64,000 nt of DNA from an uncultured Candidatus Saccharibacteria bacterium (GTDB lineage: Bacteria > Patescibacteriota > Saccharimonadia > Saccharimonadales > AWTP1-31). Below the pieces are notes generated by a model. The model saw only the letters and a list, made by a program, of their open reading frames with translations. It made no database searches and was not told where the DNA came from. How positions within the stretch are numbered: the first letter of the stretch is position 1; each line of letters opens with the position of its first letter. The stretch lies in contig CAZVTA010000002.1 of assembly GCA_964629815.1 (NCBI GenBank), forward strand, positions 194,096 to 258,095, given 5' to 3'. Both the position numbers and the translations under genes were made by a program. Below are positions 44,833 to 55,100 of the stretch, one piece after another.

Positions 44833-46431
44833 ATGAAGCAAATACTCCGGCGGGCGAACAGACGAATATCCCTCAGTAGTGCCGCAACCTTGTTGGTTGT
44901 GTCCTCGCTGCTTGGCCAAGTACTAGGTTTCCTAAGGGTTAAGTTAGTCAACGGAAACTTCTCGGCGTTTGGTCCAGAAAGTACAGACGTATTTTTCGCT
45001 GCCTTTAAAATACCAGACCTATTCTTCTTTACTATTGCTGCGGGTGCACTGGGTGTGGCATTTATGCCGGTGCTTGCAGATCACCTGCATAACGATGACA
45101 AAAAAGGTGTCTGGCGGCTTTCATCGAGCCTACTAAACCTACTTGCCGTTATTATGTTGGTTGTTGGCATCATTATCTTCGTATTTGCCGAGCCGCTGTT
45201 GCACTATATTGTTGCCCCAAAGCTTGACCCCGAACAGCTACGAAATGGTGTAACGATAATGCGCTTCATTGCCTTCAACCCCTTACTGTTTACGATTACG
45301 GGTATTCTAACTAGTGTTCAACAAACGTATGGGCGTTTTTTCTTTTATGCGCTTGCACCTATCGTCTATAACATTACGATTATCGTAAGTATATTTGTGT
45401 TTCGCGACTCTGTAGGCATTGTGGGGCTCGGTATCGGGGCGTTAGTTGGCGCATTACTACAAGTACTGATTGCAACAGCAGGGCTGGCAGGTATTGGGTT
45501 TACCTATCTGCACGGAGTAGACTTTTCAATGCCTGATTTCAAAAAGATCTTACGCCAGTTACCGCCTCGTTCTATAGATCAGGGGATTATGTCCATCAAT
45601 AGTATCGTGCACACGAACTATGCAAGGCGGCTTGGTACGGGCTATGTGACATTTTACGAAAACGCCTACACTTTGCACACGGCACCAACTTTACTTATTG
45701 GAACGGCAATATCATCAGCGGTGTTTCCGCGGTTAAACGAGAGTGTTGCAAAGGGGCAAGATAATAAGTTTCATAAAGAGTTTCTACAAGTACTTCGGGT
45801 AATGATTTGGATTGTTATGCCGACCGTTGTACTGAGCTATTTTTGCCGAGGCTATCTTGCCCGGCTTATCTTTAGCCGAAATGCACCCGAAATTGCTACC
45901 ATATTTGGTTTTTTGTGTGGCGCTATATTTTTCCGCACTATTTATACGATTGTGTCGCGGTATTTTTATGCGCAGAAAGATACATGGACACCGCTCATTG
46001 ATTCTTTGTTTGCGATTGTGCTGAATATAGTGCTTGTAATGCATTTATCTAAGCCTTCTTCGTACGGTGCTTCTGGTATTGCGCTTTCGGAGTCGATTGT
46101 GGCTGGCTGCCAGCTATTCATCCTAACGTTTATTATGTTGCTGCGTGATCCAAAGCTACTCAATAAAGAGTTTTGGAGTGGCGTACTGCGCATTATTTCT
46201 GTAACAGGGTTTAGCGTGGTGACGGCCTTTATTATGATTAGTATCTTCCCGCTCAATATTAACGATACAGGTTTTATTACGCTTGGGTTTAAACTGGGTA
46301 TGATAGCAGGCACAACGCTGCTGGTGCACGTCGTTGTGTCGTATATGTTTGGGCTTGAAGAATCGGTGCCTATTGTGTGGAAAATGAAGCAGCTTACACG
46401 GCTTGTGTTCCGGCCCGTGCGGGTTGATTAG
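44833..46431 (+). CDS. murJ: lipid II flippase MurJ (MviN family)
   Basis: About 14 TM helices, with the N-terminus SSLLGQVLGFLRVKLV...FFAAFKIPDLF typical of MurJ. Start placed at ATG 44833, after TATAAT (44818-44823). Confidence 0.8.
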   Translation: MKQILRRANRRISLSSAATLLVVSSLLGQVLGFLRVKLVNGNFSAFGPESTDVFFAAFKIPDLFFFTIAAGALGVAFMPVLADHLHNDDKKGVWRLSSSLLNLLAVIMLVVGIIIFVFAEPLLHYIVAPKLDPEQLRNGVTIMRFIAFNPLLFTITGILTSVQQTYGRFFFYALAPIVYNITIIVSIFVFRDSVGIVGLGIGALVGALLQVLIATAGLAGIGFTYLHGVDFSMPDFKKILRQLPPRSIDQGIMSINSIVHTNYARRLGTGYVTFYENAYTLHTAPTLLIGTAISSAVFPRLNESVAKGQDNKFHKEFLQVLRVMIWIVMPTVVLSYFCRGYLARLIFSRNAPEIATIFGFLCGAIFFRTIYTIVSRYFYAQKDTWTPLIDSLFAIVLNIVLVMHLSKPSSYGASGIALSESIVAGCQLFILTFIMLLRDPKLLNKEFWSGVLRIISVTGFSVVTAFIMISIFPLNINDTGFITLGFKLGMIAGTTLLVHVVVSYMFGLEESVPIVWKMKQLTRLVFRPVRVD

Positions 46432-46452
46432 CGCAACAGGGGTTACCTCTGT

Positions 46453-46458
46453 TATAAT
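46453..46458 (+). promoter_or_regulatory. -10 box (TATAAT) serving the relic lepA start and the present lepA
   Basis: TATAAT lies 9 nt upstream of the relic ATG at 46468. No other promoter-like box occurs before lepA. Confidence 0.5.
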
Positions 46459-46467
46459 ACGTTGGAT

Positions 46468-46514
46468 ATGGACCAATCAAACATCCGAAATTTCTGTATC
46501 ATTGCGCATATTGA
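46468..46514 (+). pseudogene. relic 5' terminus of a second lepA allele
   Basis: 41/47 nt are identical to lepA 46613-46659. It encodes MDQSNIRNFCIIAHI versus MNQSNIRNFCIIAHI. Confidence 0.75.
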
Positions 46515-46525
46515 ACGCTTTGCTC

Positions 46526-46598
46526 ATGAGACAACCACTTCGTGGTTTTCTCATCGCGCCGGGCAAAAAATGCGGTTTTTGCGCGGGCTGCTCTTTCC
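46526..46598 (+). repeat. IR-L: left copy of a 73-75-nt inverted repeat flanking lepA
   Basis: Its reverse complement matches 48412-48486 at about 93%. It contains two hairpins (gagacaaccac-ttcg-gtggttttctc and ccgggcaaaaa-N6-tttttgcgcgg). Confidence 0.85.
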
Positions 46599-46612
46599 GG
46601 CTAGGGGTGTAT

Positions 46613-48394
46613 ATGAATCAATCTAACATACGTAACTTCTGTATCATTGCGCATATTGATCATGGGAAGAGTACATTAGCCGATCGGCTACTCGAACTTA
46701 CAGGTACTGTTCAAAAACGTGATATGAAAGCGCAGTTGCTCGATAAAATGGATCTTGAGCGTGAAAAAGGTATTACGATAAAACTTGCTCCGGTTCGTAT
46801 GCACTACAAGGGTTACGAGCTGAATCTGATCGATACACCTGGGCATGTAGATTTTAGTTACGAAGTAAGTCGTAGCCTGGAGGCGTGCGAAGGTGCGATT
46901 TTGGTCGTTGATGCTAGCCAGGGGATTCAGGCGCAGACCTTAGCAAACGTGTATTTAGCTATAGCTGCAGATCTGAAAATTATCCCTGTTCTCAATAAGA
47001 TTGACCTGCCAGCGGCAGATGTGGAAAAGGTGAGTGCAGAGGTGATTTCGCTGCTTGGTTGTACTAAAGACGAGATTTTGCATATTAGTGCTAAAACCGG
47101 GCAGGGCGTAGAGGCGGTGCTGGATAAAGTTGTTGAAGAAATCCCTGCACCGAATGGCAATACCAACACAGAAACACGAGCCCTTATTTTTGATAGTTAT
47201 TATGATGATTACCGAGGGGTGATTTTGTATGTGCGTGTGTTCGATGGATCTATCGATAAAGGTAACGATATAGCCATGCTCGCCACAGGCGCAGACGGTT
47301 TAGCGCTCGAAGTGGGCAGCCTTACACCAAACATGTCTCCTGCCAGATCACTGAGTGCAGGCGAGATTGGCTACATTGTTACAAACCTGCGCAGCACACG
47401 GGAGGCAAAAGTAGGTGACACGGTTACGCTCAAAAGTCGTCCGGCATTGCAGCCGCTGGCAGGCTATAAAGACGTAAAGCCATTTGTATATGCCGGTTTT
47501 TTCCCAGATAGTAACGAACATTACCAGCTACTAAAAGACGCAGTCGATAAGCTGAGTTTGAGTGATTCGGCGCTGCAATTTGTGCCAGAAAACTCGCCGG
47601 TACTTGGCTTTGGCGTTCGTATTGGTTTCTTGGGACTTTTACACATGGATATTGTAAAAGAGCGACTAGAGCGTGAATACGATCTTGAGCTTGTAGTCAC
47701 TAACCCGTCAACAGACTATCAGATAACACTTACTACCGGCGAAGAGCTTGATATTCGGTCTGCTTCGGAGCTGCCCGAAGTATCAAAGATTACCGAAATT
47801 CGTGAGCCATGGATAAAAGGTGAGGTCGTGGTGCCGAAGGATTATGTAGGGGCTGTCATACAGCTTATTTCAACCAAACGCGGTCTACAGAAAAACCTTA
47901 GCTATGTCGATGCGCAGCTAGCAGTTGTGGACTTTGAAGCGCCGCTCGCCAATCTTCTGACAGATTTCTATGATCAACTAAAAAGCGTTACCAGTGGATA
48001 CGGTAGCTTTAACTACGAACTTGCCGATTACCGTGCGGAAGATTTGGTGCGTGTAGACTTTTATGTGTCTGGTGAAATGGTCGAGGCGTTGAGCGTCATG
48101 GTGCATCGTAGTGAAGCCCAAAAGCTTGGCCGAGAAACGGTAGAAAAACTAAAAGAAGTGATCCCACGACAGAATTTTCAAGTGGCACTCCAGGCCGGCA
48201 TTGGTGGCAAATTTATCGCGCGCGAAGACATAAGTGCATATCGTAAAGACGTTACAGGCTATTTGTATGGCGGTGACGTATCGCGTAAAAAGAAACTGCT
48301 TGCCAAACAGGCAAAAGGTAAAAAGCGTATGAAGCGCTTTGGCAAAGTCGACATTCCCGCAGAAGCATTTACGGTGATGCTCAAGCGTGATTAG
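46613..48394 (+). CDS. lepA: elongation factor 4 (LepA)
   Basis: NIRNFCIIAHIDHGKSTLADRLLE, DTPGHVDF, NKIDL, and the C-terminal LepA-specific region ending ...AFTVMLKRD. SD AGGGG at 46603-46607. The ORF-track extension from 46403 is non-coding. Confidence 0.95.
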   Translation: MNQSNIRNFCIIAHIDHGKSTLADRLLELTGTVQKRDMKAQLLDKMDLEREKGITIKLAPVRMHYKGYELNLIDTPGHVDFSYEVSRSLEACEGAILVVDASQGIQAQTLANVYLAIAADLKIIPVLNKIDLPAADVEKVSAEVISLLGCTKDEILHISAKTGQGVEAVLDKVVEEIPAPNGNTNTETRALIFDSYYDDYRGVILYVRVFDGSIDKGNDIAMLATGADGLALEVGSLTPNMSPARSLSAGEIGYIVTNLRSTREAKVGDTVTLKSRPALQPLAGYKDVKPFVYAGFFPDSNEHYQLLKDAVDKLSLSDSALQFVPENSPVLGFGVRIGFLGLLHMDIVKERLEREYDLELVVTNPSTDYQITLTTGEELDIRSASELPEVSKITEIREPWIKGEVVVPKDYVGAVIQLISTKRGLQKNLSYVDAQLAVVDFEAPLANLLTDFYDQLKSVTSGYGSFNYELADYRAEDLVRVDFYVSGEMVEALSVMVHRSEAQKLGRETVEKLKEVIPRQNFQVALQAGIGGKFIAREDISAYRKDVTGYLYGGDVSRKKKLLAKQAKGKKRMKRFGKVDIPAEAFTVMLKRD

Positions 48395-48411
48395 CTTTTT
48401 GAATCATGAAT

Positions 48412-48486
48412 GGAAAGAGTAGCCCGCGCAAAAAAAATGCATTTTTTGCCCGGCGCGATGAGAAAACCGCGAAGTGGTTGTCTCAT
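48412..48486 (-). repeat. IR-R: right copy of the inverted repeat flanking lepA
   Basis: Reverse complement of IR-L, with 3 small differences. Confidence 0.85.
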
Positions 48487-48494
48487 TTTTGGCC

Positions 48495-48535
48495 TTCCCG
48501 CAGAAGCATTTACGGTAATGCTCAAACGCGATTAG
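48495..48535 (+). pseudogene. relic 3' terminus of a second lepA allele
   Basis: 38/41 nt are identical to lepA 48354-48394, including the TAG. All 3 differences are synonymous in the lepA frame. Confidence 0.75.
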
Positions 48536-48544
48536 CCTAGCTGT

Positions 48545-49024
48545 CTAGCGAACAATAATTCTCGATGCAATAGGACTATCTTTGTCCGAAGAGTTTTTGT
48601 CTTGTTTTTGGGTAAAAACGGTAAGGTTACTGTCTTTTTTTACGTCGGCGAGTTTGATGGTTTTGCTGTTCTGCGTAACCTTCGTGTCTTTGTTGATAAT
48701 TACGCTTGATGTAGTTCCATTGGCAAGCTTTACGGATAGTTTGCTGCCCGATAGGCTGTCAAATTTTCCGATGACGGTCGTAGGGAACAAAGGGTTTTTC
48801 GACAGGATGTTCATAGGGTTAACGAGATCGTTGATGCTTTTCTTTAAAGCGTCCGCACTTGCTTTCTGTCCTGCTTCGTGCCCGCGAGAGTAGCCAAGTA
48901 GAAAACTGCCGCCAATTGCAACAAGGACGAGCACGATTAAGATCGGAGTTTTTACTGCTTTTGACTGAATTTTTTGCCAAAGACTCTTTTTTTCATTGCC
49001 TGTTGATGATGGCATAACTTTCAC
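48545..49024 (-). CDS. membrane-anchored hypothetical protein (paralog of 21663-22157)
   Basis: GTG start 5 nt after AAGGAG. TM helix ILIVLVLVAIGGSFLLGY. The C-terminal domain aligns by eye with the 164-aa ORF next to the sortase. Confidence 0.6.
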   Translation of the reverse strand: MKVMPSSTGNEKKSLWQKIQSKAVKTPILIVLVLVAIGGSFLLGYSRGHEAGQKASADALKKSINDLVNPMNILSKNPLFPTTVIGKFDSLSGSKLSVKLANGTTSSVIINKDTKVTQNSKTIKLADVKKDSNLTVFTQKQDKNSSDKDSPIASRIIVR

Positions 49025-49117
49025 GATTTCTCCTTGATAACTATGTGCTAGTGATTCTAAATTAATTTTAACATAAGCACAATATTTGATACAGTAAGAT
49101 GTGAAAACAAGGTAGAC

Positions 49118-52100
49118 ATGAAAGCGTCTGTGCTAAAACAACATTTTCAGAAATCAAAACAACGTATGTGGCTGTTGGCAGGCTCATTTGGCTTGCTTTT
49201 TGTTGTGATCGTGTCCGTTTTTTATATATCGATTATTATGCCCATGTTCGCAAAAGCGTATTCGGGTGTTGGCTTGGGTACCGACCAAGACCCGTACCAG
49301 ATTACTACTTGCGATCAGCTGCAAGAGATATCCGAGGATCTCGACGCGCACTATGTTCTGGTTCAAGACATAGATTGTTCTGCAACAATGGAGTTAAATA
49401 ACTTTGAGCCGATCGCTGCGTTCTCAGGAACGCTTGATGGACGAAACTATGCAATTAAAGATATAAGCATTGTTCGACCTTCTCAGTATTATGCCGGTAT
49501 TTTTGAGTGGACCGCCGGTGCTACGATAAAAAACCTATCTCTTATAAAGGATCAGACGCCAGAAGGCTATGAATCGATAGTGGGTGGAGGCGTGGTCGGT
49601 ACACTTGTTGCAGAGGTGCGCGGCGGGACGATCATTCAAAATGTGCATAATGAAATGAATGTCAAAGTTCTGGGATATGATATTAATACGTCTGACGAAA
49701 CACCCGGTATTGCTTATGCGGGGGGGTTGGTAGGGCTAAACAGAGGAACGGTTTACACTAGCTCATCAGTTGGCAGCGTTACTGCTCAGGTTGGCGTTGT
49801 TCAGGCTCTCCGTATCGGAGGTTTAATTGGCAACATGGCCGACGCTGATGGCGGTCGCATTGAGGATAGCTATGCAGATGCATCGGTTACAGCTTCATCA
49901 AACGAGTCTGAGGTTATCGGAAGTTGCGGTGGCTTGGTTGGTCAGATAGGTGCACTAGGATTTATTACCCGTAGTTATAGTGCAGGAACCGTAAATTGTA
50001 CACAACAATCGCTAAGAGCTGGTGGTTTTGTTGGTGTTCAAGCTGGCGCTGGTGATGTAGATGTCATTGAAAGTTCATTTTCGACAACAAGTGTAAGTGG
50101 GTATGAGAGTGGCGGCTTCGTTGGGGACTCCGGAAGTGATAGTTTAACAAACGTTTATTTCGATGTTACAAGCTCGGGCCAAACTTTGTGCGGTCTGCCG
50201 GACCAGCAACTTAATGACTGCTATCCAGTCAATGCCGATGGGCTTTCTCCAGATTACTTTTTAGGAACTTCAAGTGGTCAACCACTTCAAAACTTTGACT
50301 TTATAGACACATGGACGATTGTTCCTGGGCAATTGCCGCAAATAAAGCCGTCTTTGGTGACGGCAGACCCCCCGGTTAATATTGGTGCAATTAGAGCAGA
50401 GGGCTCCATTAATCTTAGCTGGGAGGCGCCTGCCGTAAATGGTGTGCGAAACTCCGATATCGACGGCTACGTTATAGAGTACAAAAAAAATAACGATACA
50501 TCTTGGTCAGCTGTTGAACTTGGTGTTCCTATCGACCAAATCTCTTATGCATTTACGGACAATAAGATAGATAGTTCAACGTATCATTTTCGTATACGTA
50601 GTCATAGTACAGTTGGAACAAGTAATGTACCGAGCTCAGAAGCGGATTCTATTGTAGATGCTCCTTCGACGGCACCTGAATTAACAGTCTTGAGTCAAAC
50701 TGCACGCCAGGTTGTTCTTGGTTTCTCTGAAGCGCCGCGATCATCGGACTATGTGTTTCAGTACAAAAAAGTTGCGGACAGTGATTGGTCAACGGCGCTC
50801 GAAGGTGTAGAGTATACAGCCGGAGAAAATGTAACAATTGTTGCACTTGATCCCTCGACTCCTTATGAATTTAGGGCACTCGGTCGCAACTCGAGTGGTC
50901 AGGGACCTTGGTCTACCAGTGCAACCGCAACCACCGGCGCCGCGCAGCAGATTAGTATATCTGATTGTGCTGGCCTACAAGCTATGAACAATAATCTGGA
51001 AGCAAAATATACACTTACTGCTGATATAGATTGCACAGCCACTACAGAATGGAATGATGGTCAGGGCTTTCAGCCGATAGGCCCCAATCAAGATAGCGGT
51101 AAAGACATATTTAGTGGAGAGTTTGATGGTGCAGGGCATGCAATACGTAATTTATATATAAATCGGTCATTTGAAATTGATAACGCTGCACGTACGGAGG
51201 GTGTTGGGTTATTCGGTACGGTTGCATACGGTACTATAAAAAATGTGCGACTTAGTGGGTTTGTAGTTGCCGCAACGTATGAACTGGATCCGTCTATCGA
51301 CGCTGATCGTAATGGGCTGCCAGATTCACCAGATCTTGTTGATTATGACGGGGCAAATCTTCCGCTTGATGTACTAGGGATTTACACTACTTTTCCGCGG
51401 GTCTACGCAGGCTCCTTGGTCGGCATTTCTATAGGTAAAAATAAGTTTTCAGACATTCAGGCAGAAAACGTTGTTGTTAGCGGCTCGGTGGCTGGTGGTC
51501 TGATTGGTACACACGCAGGTATATTTGGTAGAGATTCACAGTTTACTGCATTAGGACAGGACATATCAAAGAGCACATTGTTTGTCGATAATTTGCAGTC
51601 GACCGGCGCTGTATGGGGAACAATTAGTGGAGGTATTATTGGCGTAGCTTCTGCAATGATGGGTGACCTAGAAGGTAACGAGCCTACGCTCACAATCACA
51701 AATTCAGCATCGTCTGCTGAGGTCTCTGGTAATCTGAGTGGCGGGCTTGTCGGTATTGGCTTATCGACTTCAGCTTTACTGCCGCTTGGGATCATTGATC
51801 AGTCAGAAGCGCCTACAATGTCGTTTCAAGATGTTACGGAAAAAGCACTGTCGTCACAGATGTTAATTATTACAAATTCTCATGCAACTGGCAATGTTTC
51901 GGTTTGTAATTCGCCAAGTGGTGTCCAGGTTGGTTCGCTCGGTGGTCTTATTGGTGTGGGCGTGGGGGTTAATCTAGAGAATACTTACGCAACAGGGGGT
52001 ACGGGTGCATGTACCGACACGACCGACGACTTAGATTTGTATGGCGGAGCGTACGGGGGTCTTGCTGGTACGCTGGTTATATCTACCGTTCAAAAGAGTC

Positions 52101-55100
52101 ATGCAACTGGCAATATAACACTAGTCAATGATCGCACAGATGGCCATTCGCAAGGAGGTGTTCTGGCCGTTACGGGTGGCCTTGTTGGAGTAATTATTAA
52201 CTCTGGCAATCAGAACGGTTCGATTGCGATTGATAGTGTTTATGCAACGGGTAGTACTACGGTTGAGGGAGTTAACGGTTTGCTGCATATTGGTGGCGGA
52301 CTCATGGGGGTGTATCTTGGCGGCGGTAGTATCACAAAGAGTTATGCAACCGGGAATATACTAAACAAAACAGCTCAACAAAATATTGGAGGCATCTCTA
52401 TCGTGGGAGGTTTTATGGGCGTTGCAGTCGGGGCCGATGTGCAGTATATGCTAAGCGCAGCGTTTACGATATTTAGTCAGAGCGCACTAAGCGCAGTACC
52501 GACCCAAGGTCTTGTGGTATCAGATAGCTATGCAACAGGTTCGGTGTTGTCTAATAAAGGCGATAGCGGTGGCGTTTTGTTGAGTGTGCATGGCGGGTTT
52601 GGTGGGTTGAGTATTGGTAATATTACCTATAACACTATCCATGCCAGTGGTGACGTCGGTCTGCAACATAATGGTGAATTTTATGTCGATACAGGTAGTG
52701 GCGGCATCGGCCAGGATTTTTTCGAGGTTGTGGGAGAAAATAACTCAGCAGTTGCTGTTGGTGGTGGTTTATTCGGTATGACTGCTGGTGCGGACGTAAC
52801 ACATATAGTTAATGGATTCCTTAATATAGACGATAAGCTGGGCGACGGGCTGGCAATATATAACTCGTACGCGAGCGGAAGAGTAGATGCACTTATTTCG
52901 GGTGGGTTGGTAGGTGCAGCAGAGCTGCGAACGAAGATTAGTAAAACGTATGCAACAGGCGACGTAAGTGGGCTCTTTGTTGGCGGACTCGTTGGTGAGT
53001 CGGGTACGCTTTCGTCAGTTGGTATATCGGTACTTGCAAATCTTGTATTGGGTGATTATACCCATGAAATACCCGATCAAATATTAGAGGGTATACGGCA
53101 TAGTTTTGAGGGTCTTGTACCGGTTGAGCTTGTCAACACCTATGCCACAGGCGACGTTCGCGGAAAAGAAGCTAGGATTAGTCTAGGTGGTTTTAACTTT
53201 ACAGACCCAGCCGCAACACCAATTCGCATGTCTTCAATCGCTGGGGGTCTCGTAGGTCTGGTTGGTGGCGCGGGCTCAGTTATTAAAGATTCTTACGGTT
53301 CGGGTGATGTAAGTGTCGAGACACTTACAGAGCAGCCAGTAGACAAAACGAAAATACGCTTTCCGGAGTCACCGAGCTTTATTGGTGGTATTGCGGGTGT
53401 CGTGCTTGCTGTTCCACAGGCAGATGCTGAAGCTATGCGTGACTACTTTGCACCGGATGCAGATCAGTCAGACCCTGCAGCACTTTTCCCTGAGCCGATG
53501 CGTATAGAGCGTGTATTTTCGGTTTCGAAAGTAAGCATAGCTGACGGCGTGGTCAGTGGAGGCGCTTTCGGACTCTTCTTATCGCCAATTAGTGTAGCTT
53601 TTCAGGATTCTATTTCTGTTCCTGACGGGGTTTTCTATAGCGTAAGTGACAATTATTATGACAAATCAAAAATTGACACTTCTGCATGCGATGGATTTAC
53701 GAATCCAAGCGATCGATTTAGGCAGTTGTGGCAACAGTTTATTGATAGAAATGATAGAGAAAAACTCGAAGCATTTTACACTACGAGCGATTTTGGAGAG
53801 GCTACTATTGTACCTTCTTTAGATACACTGTATGATCTTTCTTCGGATTCGTGGCAGCCCGCCTTTAAGCCGATTAGCTGTACGGCGGTTAATGAGGGTA
53901 ATGCTCAGCCAAATTACTTTATAAACAATAAAACCAATGCACCGCTCAATAACTGGGATTTTACGAATGTATGGCGCACGCGGCCAAATCAATATCCAAC
54001 ATTCGTTGCGGGCGTATCTACCAACGATCCAGAAGGCCCAGAAGATCCTGGCAGTCCTGTTACTCCGTCAACGCCAACGTCATCTACAAATACGGTTAAC
54101 CCACAAACTAGGACCACAGTTCGGGATATACTACAAAACCTGATATCTCCTAACGGAAGACTCAATACCAATGATTCTCGTGTAAAGGGTATATGGACAA
54201 TTTTTGCGAATGTTCCACCGGTTATAGCAAAAAGTATCCCGTACTTACTGATTCTAATGCTGCTTTTCTTGGCTGCAATGTATGCTCGACAAGCACTGCG
54301 CGAGTACAGGCAACTGAGCGAATATCATAATAGTGCAGTTCGTGTTGCTTCAGCAAAGGATGCTGTTAACAGCTATCTGGCAATTACTACACACTATCTC
54401 AATACGCCTGTAGCAATTATGAATGGCGCGCTCGAGTTATTGACTTCATTGAACAAGATTTCTGCAGCACGTGCAGATACCTTAAGAATTAAGCTAAAGA
54501 AATTTAGTGAAGACGTTTCTCGTTTGTTAGCTGCCAATCAGGTTTCGAGTGCGGGTTCCGTTAATCGCAGTAAAGAGGTGGAGCACCCATTGCCAAGTCC
54601 TGTAACGGCAAAAGCGGTCTGGGTTCCGGCTAGTGTTGCCTTTGCTCTGCTGGTTATTGCGAATGTTATCTTTATCTTCGCCAATGTCTTCGATAGGTCT
54701 CCGCTACGGATAACCATAGAATTTGGCCTATTCCTTCTTGGGATACTGCTCGTAGCCTTGTCGTATCGATATCGAAATTATCTCGAACAGGCAAAGATAT
54801 TAACGCTCGAACAACTTACTATTGAATCGTCGTTATACAAAAAACGAGAAGCGTTTATACCCGAAGCCACCAAGATAATTGGCGACAATTTTGAATCATT
54901 ATCTATCGCAAGCCAGGATATAAAGAAAATCCCAGAAGCCAAAGCATTCTTCAATGGCTTGGCGATGCTGGGGGGCGTAAACACAGGATTACAAAATCTA
55001 GAGAAGTTTGCACATTTCAAGACAGATCCGCCGCTCTTTGATATAACCGCTGCTGCCAATAAAGCAGTGCAGGAGGTTGCAGACAGGGCAAAGGCAAAAG

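Noticed and set aside
46403-46612. The ORF track extends lepA 70 codons upstream, giving 663 aa.
   Set aside because: The extension overlaps the murJ 3' end and reads across the promoter, the relic lepA start (in another frame) and IR-L. It has no LepA similarity. A canonical LepA N-terminus (MNQSNIRNFCIIAHIDHGKST) with an SD begins at 46613.
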